Positions 1 to 8,633 of a DNA stretch of 64,000 nt are shown in pieces; position 1 is the stretch's first letter; every line of letters begins with the position of its first letter. This stretch comes from Camelus dromedarius (Eukaryota): contig NC_087445.1 in NCBI RefSeq assembly GCF_036321535.1, positions 77,872,001 through 77,936,000 on the forward strand, written 5' to 3'. Made by a program: the position numbers and the translations under genes. The notes below the pieces were generated by a model. It did no database searches. It was given only the letters and a program-made list of their open reading frames with translations, and was not told where the DNA came from.

Positions 1-99
1 AGACAGGCGTGAGCCCCCCAGCCGGCAGGGTCCGCCTGGATCCTGGCACCCACCTGGCCATGCTGTGCACTGTCTGGGCTACTCTGGGCCAGTGTCTGA

Positions 100-420
100 G
101 AGCCCTGGAGCCCGAGACCCAGGTGCACAGAGGGAGGAGCTATGAAGTGAGGATGAGGGAGGGAAACTCTATCTGCTAGAGACTGGGAGGGCTTCCTGGA
201 GGAGGTGGCATCTGTGGAGGCTCAGAGTCTGTGGTCATTTTATAGGTCAAGGACGGGGGAGGGCAGAGGGCAGAGCAAAGCAGGGAAGGCTCTGGAGAGA
301 CAGGAAGGACAAGAGTCCCTGGAGATGGAGTGGAAGAGGAAGCCAGGTCACGGAGGACCTCAGGCATCTCGCTAAGGGCATCTAACTGTACATGAAACAC
401 CCAACGCTGCTGGGGGGCCG
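100..420 (-). mobile_element. L2 LINE fragment
   Basis: GGGAGGGCTTCCTGGAGGAGGTGGCATCTG hallmark of an antisense L2. Highly diverged. Confidence 0.5.
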
Positions 421-503
421 CCTGGTCTGCTGTACAAAGTGCATTAACTCTTCTCGTTCATTATAAAATAATAGGAATTCATTACGGGAAAACTGGAAAA
501 TAC

Positions 504-751
504 CGTGGTGGGCTGAATAATGCCCCCCAAAGATGGCTGTGTCCTAATGCCCAGAACGTGGGTCTCCCCCTTTCATGGTAAAAGCTGGAAAAAGAAAGGA
601 AACAGATCCTCCCCTGGAGCCTCCAGAAGGAACCAGCCCTGCTGACGCCGGGACTTCAGACGTCGACCTCGGATGGTGAGAGAATAAAGCTGTCGGTTTG
701 AGCTGCTGCGTTTGTGAGAATTTGCTGTAGCAGCAACAGGAAACTGACCCA
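504..751 (+). mobile_element. MaLR LTR (MLT1D-like), internally deleted
   Basis: 5' end GTGGTGGGCTGAATAATGCCCCCCAAAGATG; 3' part CCTGGAGCCTCCAGAAGGAACCAGCCCTGCTGAC...GAGAATAAAG...TTTGCTGTAGCAGCAACAGGAAACTGA. Confidence 0.8.
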
Positions 752-979
752 AACAGCAGCACATAGAGAGGAGAGACGGGGGAATCTCCGGGCCACGGTT
801 TATCCTCCGCCTGGTCTTCGGTCCTCACAGAGCCCTTTTATACGTGGTTAAGCCTGGACAACTTGGTAACCTGCCTTTTCCCCTAAACTTTTGCAATGAT
901 ATTTCTTCCATGTTATTAGCATTATCTGCAATGGTTTCTCATCACTGTCAAATTTTTGAAGGAGAGGAGAAGCATGATC

Positions 980-1551
980 TGTGAAAATTAATAAACGGAA
1001 CCCTCACTAAAATGGAGATGGGAGGGAAAAACAGGAAGCTCTCCATATCCCACAAGCAGAGACTGCCCTCGAATCCCCAGAGAGAAGATGCCTGATACTA
1101 ACTCCCCAGCACCAGGAGGGGAGATTTTCTCCCTGCCCAGCAACAGCTTGGCCAATGAGAGACCAGCACAGCCCAGCCAATGAGAGGCCAGCAACAGCTC
1201 GGCCAATGAGAGACCAGCACAGCCCGGCCAATGAGAGACCAGCACAGCCCGCCCAATGAGGGACCAGCACAGCCCAGCCAATGAGAGACCAGCACAGCCT
1301 GGCCAATGAGAGACCAGCACGGCCCAGCCAGTGAAAAGCCCCTGCACGTCCAGCTCCCGGGTTCCTCCAATGGCCCCTTTGTTTGGAACGGCCCCTCCCA
1401 GCTCCGCCTTCTCCTCCATGAAGGCGTTTCCTGTCCTCTGCTTTGCCAAACTTGCATGCAGTTCCCCCAGGCTGCATGTCCCAAATTGCGGGTCCTGAAT
1501 AAACCTGCCTTGCTGGTAAAATAACTGGCATTTTACTGTTTTAGGTTAACC
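980..1551 (+). mobile_element. Solo LTR, probably ERV1-class, with an internal tandem CCAAT array
   Basis: Starts TGTGAAAATTAATAAACGGAACCC, has AATAAA at 1498-1503, and ends GCTGGTAAAATAACTGGCATTTTACTGTTTTAGGTTAAC(C), resembling laurasiatherian ERV LTR termini. Terminal CA is decayed and no clean TSD is seen. Confidence 0.7.
1151..1326 (+). repeat. 25-bp tandem repeat x7 (GCCAATGAGAGACCAGCACAGCCCA), each unit containing CCAAT
   Basis: Units start at 1151, 1176, 1202, 1227, 1252, 1277 and 1302. A decayed eighth (CCAGT) is at 1328. Confidence 0.95.
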
Positions 1552-2254
1552 GTCCAAACTACCCATGTGAAAACTCTGGCATTCTGCACCCAACCCCAGA
1601 AGTTTGAGCAACTCCTAGTAGGAGCTCGCGGCTGGCTTGGGACCCGATGAGGGTGCTAGTGACAGTGTGACATCCCAAACACCGCGGGTTTATTCTCCAC
1701 TCCCATGTTGTTAAGAACTCGGCTTGCTGTTGGCAGGCAGGCTTCTCAGGGTGGTGACCCAGCGGCACCCAGGCTCTCCCTCCCGTGCTCCTGTCACCTT
1801 TAATTATGGCTTACAAAGTCAACGTGCTGGAAAAAGATGCTGACACGGAGCGTGAACTGGGGAGAGGCTACTGGGAAGAGATAAAGTCAGGGGGGTCTGA
1901 CTGGGAGAACTGTATGGTCCTACGCAGAAAAGCTCATCACCACCACGAATGTCTGATCCTGTGGCCACTCCCAAAGCACAGAGGCGGGGAGACAGTGCCG
2001 GGCAGCAAGCCAGGGGGCAGAGGGGCATCTGTCTGAAGTTCAGTGATGCCCCTGGGGCGTCTGGAGGACCCATGTGTGGAGAGGACATGGGAGGGAAAGG
2101 GGCTAACTGTCCAGCAGGGCACCAGGGACGGCATAGGAGGCCCTGAGAACCAAGGAAGCACAGACCCCAGCAGAGCCTGGAGCCTGGAGCAAGGCGTGGG
2201 CGCTGTGCTCGGGAGGAGGACCCCCTGGTGGAGCAGGTTGGACAGTGCCCTCCA

Positions 2255-2650
2255 GTAGGTATGTCCGTCTGGGACCTGTGAGTGAAACCTGTTCGGGGGG
2301 GAGAGAAAGCGTTTATAGATGTAACTAAGTTAAGGGTCCCAAGATGAAATCTTCCAAGATTACCCAGGTGGCCCCTAAAGCCAATGGTGAGTGTCCTCGT
2401 AAGAGGCAGCGAGGAAAGACCCATGGAGCAGAGGCTGGGGAGATGCAGCCACAAGCCAAGGCTACGTGGGGCCCCCAGGAGCTGGGACAGACAAGGAAGG
2501 ACCTCCCCTAGAGCTTCTGGAGGCAGCGCAGCCCTGCAACGCCTTGATCTGGGACTTCTGGCCTCCAGGGCCGGGAGAGAATACATTTCCGTTGCTATAA
2601 GCCACCCGGTTTGTGGTCGTTTGCTACAGCAGCCACAGGCTGCTCCTACC
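2255..2650 (+). mobile_element. MaLR LTR (MLT1B/C-like)
   Basis: GATGCAGCCACAAGCCAAGG...CTAGAGCTTCTGGAGG...GCCTTGATCTGGGACTTCTGGCCTCCAG...GAGAGAATACATTTCCGTTGCTATAAGCCACCCGGTTTGTGGTCGTTTGCTACAGCAGCC. Confidence 0.85.
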
Positions 2651-3774
2651 TGGTCAGGAGGCAGGGGGCGCGGGGAGCACGGTGCAGAGGTAACCTCCCC
2701 AGGGTGAGCGCTCAGGAAGTGATGCAGGAGGCAGTGAGGGCACCTTCCCAATGTCCACAGACTTGTCTAAGCTCCTGGAAAGAAGGCAAGCTTGATTCTT
2801 CTCTGTGTTCACCCCTGCCTGGCCCGTGGGGCTCCCGGCAGAGGCTCCGCTGCATGGGTGGGGGGCGGGGTCTGGGGCTCACCACCAGGTATAGGGGGAG
2901 CTGGGTGGCCCACGTGGAGGGCAGGGGGCAGAGGGTGCTTCTGGCCCAGGCTCAGAGGGAAGCAGGCACCCCCCCTCTTCCCAGAGACGGAAATCAAAGC
3001 AGACCTCCCATGTGTGAAACTGGAGCCCCTGGGGCCGGGCCGGCCATCAGCGCGGACGATCTGCTCTCAAACGCTGGTAACGCTGGAACTAAGGAAGTGA
3101 TTTCCCGCGAGAGGCTCGCCGTCTAGCAGTGTGCTATGCAACTTGTTATTTTGAAACGTCTGCCAGATTTATTTGATTAAAAAACATCAACTCTAATTTT
3201 GAATCCACACATTCGAGGAGAATTCCCGAAGCTTCCAACTGGTGAAAACGGAGAGATGGAGTTTGCTGGGCACCTCGGACGACGCCCGTCCCCTCCCGCA
3301 TTCCACAGCCACGGTCCTCACTTCAGCACGTGTGCACAGACAGACCTGGGGTTAATTTTTCATGGGGAGTTGGACCGTAAATGATTTTTCTATTTACTTG
3401 TGTAACTCGTACATAAAATATGATGGTATTCAATCAAATACAAATTACGCTAGACAAACAGCGCGAAAGATTCAATCTGCTATTGACTGTCCGTGCGTGC
3501 GCACGCATACATTATTGATACATATTTAAGAGCAGCAGAGTAGCGATCTGCTGCACGTTGTTGGCCCTTTGTGAGTAGTTCGACACTTTCCGGGCGTTGG
3601 CTCGCGGTCGGGAAAATTTCCGATGCCCTGGCACTCGAGGGTTTGTCGTAACAGGTCTTCTTTTCATCCCCCCCCCCCCCACAACCCCCTCTGTGCCACT
3701 GAGCTCTTGGGAGGACCGCAGGCTCCCTGGGAAAGAGGCCCCTGTGTTCCTCTTTGCTGTTCTAGCCTCTGACA

Positions 3775-3944
3775 CAGGGGTTCTCAGCTGGGGGCGACTT
3801 GGCCCCATTTGAGACATTTGGCGATGCCCGGAGGTGTTTTTGGTCGTCACAACTTCACTGGCATCTGGTGGGGTCCAGGGCTGCAGCTCAACAAAGAATT
3901 AGCATGTCCCACACCGTCAGCAGTGCTGAGGGGGAGGAACTCAG
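3775..3944 (+). mobile_element. MER20 (hAT-Charlie non-autonomous DNA transposon)
   Basis: CAGGGGTTCTCAGCTGGGGGCGACTTGGCCCC...GACATTTGGCGATGCCCGGAGGTGTTTTTGGTCGTCACAAC...ACAAAGAATTA...CAGTGCTGAG...GAACTCAG follows the MER20 consensus, with a central deletion. Confidence 0.85.
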
Positions 3945-4159
3945 TCCCCCGCGCTGCGGCAAGGGCGGTCCGCATTTCAGGAAGGGAGCCCGGCGCTCAG
4001 CTCGTGTCTGCTGCTCGGAGGACCTCCCCCGCGGCCCTCCTTCTTAGCAAACGTCCCCTTTAAGACACAGCCCCAGGACCACCCTCAGGGACTCTGCACA
4101 GGGCTCCCGGCTCGCCAGAGCGCCAACCCCAGGACACTGGCTAGTTAGATGGGAGTCCG

Positions 4160-4275
4160 CTTCCCCCGTGGCTCACGGCGCCCCCTGGGGACACCAACTC
4201 CATCTTGTCATTTCTGCTTCCCCAGAAGCTTCCCCAGGCCCGGAGTCTAGTCTGTTCTGAATAAACGTTTGCTGG
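4160..4275 (+). mobile_element. L2 3' end
   Basis: Ends TGTTCTGAATAAACGTTTGCTGG, like the L2 terminus, and runs into a GGAT-type tail. Confidence 0.55.
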
Positions 4276-4443
4276 CTGGCTGGCTGGCTGGATGGTGGAT
4301 GAGTGGATGGATGGGTCAGCAAATGGAAGCAAAGATGGATGGTGCATAAACGAGGTGGGTGGATAGATGGCTGGATGGATGGTGGATGGGCGGATGGAAG
4401 GAAGGGTGGATGGTGGATGGGAGGGGTTTGGATGGGTGGATGC
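4271..4443. repeat. Degenerate (GGAT/GGCT)n simple repeat
   Basis: Repeated GATG/GGAT units, probably expanded from the adjacent L2 tail. Confidence 0.85.
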
Positions 4444-4612
4444 CTTTTGGACAAATGACTGGACTAGCAGCAGGTAGGTCGGGAGGCCAGTGGAAGTCTG
4501 TAGACTCTGTGGAACTGAACGGTCGGTCTGCAGAGGGCAGGGCTCTCTCTCCTGCGAGCTCTGCCGCGGTGACCTTGGGGCTGTCTCAGGGACGTGCTGG
4601 CGGCCTGCGGGA

Positions 4613-4790
4613 AGGGTTGCCAGGTGAAATACAAGACTCCCAGTTAAATTTGATTTTTTTTGCAGCTAACCTTAAGTTTTTAGTGTAAGTATATCTTAAA
4701 TGTTAAGGGGACATACTTATATTAAAAATTGTTTGTTGTTTATCTGATTCAAATCCAACTGCATCTTGTGTTTTCACTTGCTCAGTCTGG
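4613..4790. mobile_element. MER53 palindromic DNA-transposon MITE
   Basis: AGGGTTGCCAGGTGAAATACAAGACTCCCAGTTAAATTTGA...GGGACATACTTATATTAAAAATTGTTTGTTGTTTATCTGATTCAAAT...CTTGCTCAGTCTGG. An AT-rich inverted repeat in a GC-rich background. Confidence 0.85.
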
Positions 4791-6988
4791 TGAGGCGGCC
4801 TGGGAGGGAGAGTCTGGGCCCCTCTCCTTCACGTGTGTGTGAGTTTCTGACGCGGAGGCTGAGCACTGCTGGCAGGAATGAACATCAGGCCCCTCGTGGT
4901 GGCCCTGGGTCTCGGGAGGCTGCTACACCGTGTACGCCCCGGTCCCAGACAGCACAGGTGGGGCCCCGGAGGCCAGTGCCGGGCGGGGCCGGCCTCCCTC
5001 TGCTCCCTGTGGGCAGAGAATGCTGCGCTCCGGCCTGCCGCGTCCTGCACTGTCCTGTTTTGAGGTCCCTGTCACTGTCAGGCCCTCCCTTTGGGTCTTT
5101 TGAGGACAACTCCAGGCCCCTTTCCCTGCAGCCCCAGCTCTGCTTTGAGATGACAGAGAAAGTGATTAACTGCAAAGCAGAAGCCACTGCAAATTTGTTT
5201 GTGGATTGTCATCCTTCCTGGGAAACCAGCAATGAAGGGTCTGGAGACACCGGTGCACACACACCTCCCCACCCCCGCAGAGAGTTCCAGCGGGAAGGCG
5301 GGCTGTGTGGGAAAGCAGCCTAAGTTTAGCAGAGACGGCTGCCTAAGGACACGGGCGGGCCTGTAGGAGGGACGCAGGCGAGGCTGTCCCAGCAGGAGCA
5401 GAGGACAGAATAACCCTCCTGCCCAAGCCTTCCCTGCGGCTCACCGCACCTGAGACCCCGCGACCCCGGGGCGGCCTCTGGATTCTGGCATCAAAGCTCT
5501 GCCAGATGCCACCCATCTCTTGTCCATCCAGGGGGCTCTGCTATTGACCCTCCCGAGCTAGGCGTTGGGAAACACCTGCCCCTGGCGGGGGCTTTCCCCA
5601 GGAGCTGGCTTCTCAGTTGAGCCCTGAGAACCATCCGGGTGGGGGCAGGGGTGGGAATGGGGTTGTAGGGGGTCAGGGCAGCAGCAGGCCCAGCGCGTGG
5701 GGGGCCTGGAGGAAGCTCACAGAGCGGAGAGGCGGGCCCCGGCCTGTGCGGGCGCTGGGGGCGCAGAGGGCGGGAGTGAGAGATGGCACCCTGACTTCTG
5801 TCCTGGGGACCCTGCAGGAGGGACCCACACCCAGGGTTGCAGGCGTCTGAGGCGGGCAGCACTCAGGGGGAATATTCTGGATTCGGTGGGTCTGGGACGC
5901 CGGCGGGGCATCCTGAGAGCGGCGGACTCCACCCTGCTCCCCACGTGGACTTTCAGCCTGGGCGTGCTGGCGCCACCTGGGGCTCGGAGAGGCTCAGAGC
6001 CCCAGGGGGTTCCAGCGCGAAGCCCGGGAGGGGGCGTAGGTGGGCCGCCGAAGCACAACCGCACATGACCCACAGCCGCACAGAGAGCCCAGCCCTTCCT
6101 CCCCAGGCTCGCGGAGGAACCGTGTGTGCCGTGTGTCTCCTGGCAAGGCCCCGGGCCTCCCCTTGGCCACGGTCTCACCCGCCAAGGTGACCCTCCCTCC
6201 AGGCCGTGCAAGCTCAGGATGCAGGCCACTGCCGGGGTCGGTCCCCGCGATGCCCCATCCCGGCCTGACAGCCGCGCTCGCCCTCGGCTGTCCTCGGCAC
6301 TTAGCGTGATGGCAGATGCCTGCCACAGCGTGGGGTTCACTCCACTCTTCGCTTCCGGGACCTAATGGTCCTCCTCTGCTGAGATGGAGGTGATGGCTAG
6401 CAAGTCTGACATTGGAGACCCGCTTGCCCTGAATAGATGAATCGAACCCGAGTCTCGCTAGGGCGTCAGCTCTGCAGGTGCACAGATGTGTCACTTTCTA
6501 TAACCGATATTTAAGGTGGGCTGAACAGCACCAGAAAAATTCTCCAAAAATAGACTTAATAACAGATGTGGTATGCAATTATTATTTTTCTTGGGGATCT
6601 TAAAAATTCCTTTTCACAGAGATATTTTTCTTGACACTGAAAATACCCTCCGCTGAGCACCGGGACTGGGCCTCGTGGCCGTGACTGGCCGTGTCGGGCC
6701 GGCAGGGCTCATGCAGGGGCAGGGTCCGTGCAGTGGAACTGGGTGGGTTCCGGGAGGCTGAGGAGTCAAGATTCCCAACCAGGGAGCAGGGACGGGCCCC
6801 CCACAGCCACACTCCCCACCCCGCCTGAAGGTGAACAAGAACCAGAGAACTGAGCCTTGAACAAAGGGAATTCAAACCAGCCCGTGCTGAGCTGCCAGGA
6901 GGAGAGAAGACAAGAGATGAATTATCTCTGACAAACTGCCAGGGAGGCTCCAGCGGGCAGGGGACTCCAACCTGGTTCCCGCCAGCGC

Positions 6989-7405
6989 TGTGTGGGGTTG
7001 ACCCCCCTCCAAGTTCACGTGTTGGTGTCCTGACCCCCCGCACCTCAGAGCAGATCTTATTTGGAAATGGGGTCATGGCAGATGTAATCAGTTAAAATGA
7101 GGTCACTCTGGAGCTGTGACTCCGGAGCTGGGCGGGCCCTAATCCAAGGTGACGGGTGTCCTCATAAGAGGAGGTCTTGGGAAGATGACAGATACGCAGA
7201 GGGAAGCTGGCCACGTGACGGCGAAGGCATGCGTTGGGAGCCACGTCCACCAGCCAGAAGCTGGGAGAGGCAGGGGCCAGACCTCCCTCGAGCCTCCAGG
7301 GGGCACCGGCCTGACCGACACCTGGCCTTCAGGCCTCCAGGACGCGAGAGGGTAGGTTCTGCTGTTTTAAGCCCCAGCTTGTGTTCACTGTCACAGCGTC
7401 CGTCT
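6989..7405 (+). mobile_element. MaLR LTR (MLT1B-like)
   Basis: CTTATTTGGAAATGGGGTCATGGCAGATGTAATCAGTTAAAATGAGGTCA...CCCTAATCCAAGGTGACGGGTGTCCTCATAAGAGGAG...GAAGCTGGGAGAGGCAGG...TTCTGCTGTTTTAAGCC. Confidence 0.85.
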
Positions 7406-8154
7406 CTCTGGGCAGTTTGATGGTGGTCCCTTCCCGGGGGTCGGTGACTAGCACCCCCCTGGCGACAGAAGACACAGCCCTCTTCCCGACCAGGCGGGGG
7501 TCCCCGCACCGCTGTGTCTGCTCAGCGCGGCCGGAGACGTCTCAGCGGAGGGGCCTGGCGTTGCCAGATAAACACCAGGTGTCCTGCAAAATTTCAGCCG
7601 TGTGACCTAGAAATCGCACTCCCACGTCCACCCAAGACAAACGGAAACATACGTCCATGCAGAATCCTGCCCACGAGCGCGGAAAGCAGCAGGTGGACTC
7701 AGCGCCTAACGGTGGGCGCAGCCAGGTGCCTGCTGGAAAAGAAAGCACTTGCACCAGGCCCGGGTTAAAAACAGCCAGGCAGACTTTCTCCAAGTCGCCG
7801 CGGTAGGTGAGAGCAACTCCGGCGTGGAAATGAGCTCAACTCCAAACACAGCAAGGCGGCCGGGGACTGACAGCCAAGGAGGGCCTGTCAGTGGACAGAG
7901 GTCACAAGAGGAACCTGATTGGGTAGCAAGTGGGGGACTCTGGCCCAGCAGGAGGCCTGCAAACGCCAGCCAAGGACACTGGCACTGGGGGGGGGGGGCC
8001 GAGGAGCTGGGTCAGGGGCCCACGCTGGGGGGATTCTCGAAAAACCAGCTTTTAGAAGAGTTCTTAGCAGAACCCAGGCTTGGTCTACCCGGGCAGGCAG
8101 CAGACCGAGCTCCGGAGGGGCTCAGAGGAGCCCGGTGGAGGAGATGGCCGTGCG

Positions 8155-8633
8155 TCACCAGTGATGAGCGGACACGCAGACGTGGTCCAGCCGCACAAGG
8201 GGTTCTATTCAGCATGAGAAGCAGTGAGGCCCCGGGACCCGCTGCGGCGTGGAGGAAACTCGGACGCTTGGGAAGGGAGGGGAGCCGGTCACAGAAGCCC
8301 ACGTGGTGTACGAGGCCCCAGATGAGGGGAGTAGGAGATGGAAATCTCCGGGGACGTGGAGCAGACTGACGGCTGCCCGGGACCGCAGGCTGCAGGGAGC
8401 GCGCCAGCAGCAGGAGCGGGTCCTCCTTGAGGAGATAAAAATATCCCCAGAACGGGACTCTGGTGGTGGCTGTGTTCATCTGCAAGTACACTACACACCA
8501 TCGAACTGCACACTTTATTTTTTTAATTGAAGTATAGTCAGTTGCAACGCGTCAGTCGCTGGGATACAGCCCACGAGTTGTACCCTTCACGCGGGTGCGC
8601 GGTGCCGGGTGGGGCACGTCCCAGTCCAGCTGT
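8155..8633 (+). mobile_element. Old L1 (L1MB-like) 3' UTR relic, strongly GC-shifted, interrupted by a younger L1 tail
   Basis: Colinear with the remembered L1MB 3' end: GTGGTCCAGCCGCACAAGGGGTTCTATTCAGC, GAAGCCCACGTGGTGTACG, GATAAAAATATCC...GGTGGTGGCTGT...ACACCATCGAACTGCACACTTTA. Confidence 0.65.
8518..8578 (-). mobile_element. Very short young L1 3' terminal fragment (artiodactyl-type)
   Basis: TTTTTTTAATTGAAGTATAGTCAGTTGCAAC is the reverse complement of the tail at 26710-26732 (ACTGACCATACTTCAATAAAA). Degenerate TSD TGCACACTTTA (8507-8517) / TGTACCCTTCA (8579-8589). Confidence 0.7.

Noticed and set aside
1151-1326. Regularly spaced ~25-bp repeats superficially like a CRISPR array
   Set aside because: Head-to-tail units with no unique spacers, in mammalian DNA with no cas genes.
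988-1531. Three overlapping minus-strand ORFs with internal peptide repeats (e.g. AGLSLAGLCWSLIG)
   Set aside because: They are translations of the 25-bp tandem repeat inside the LTR.
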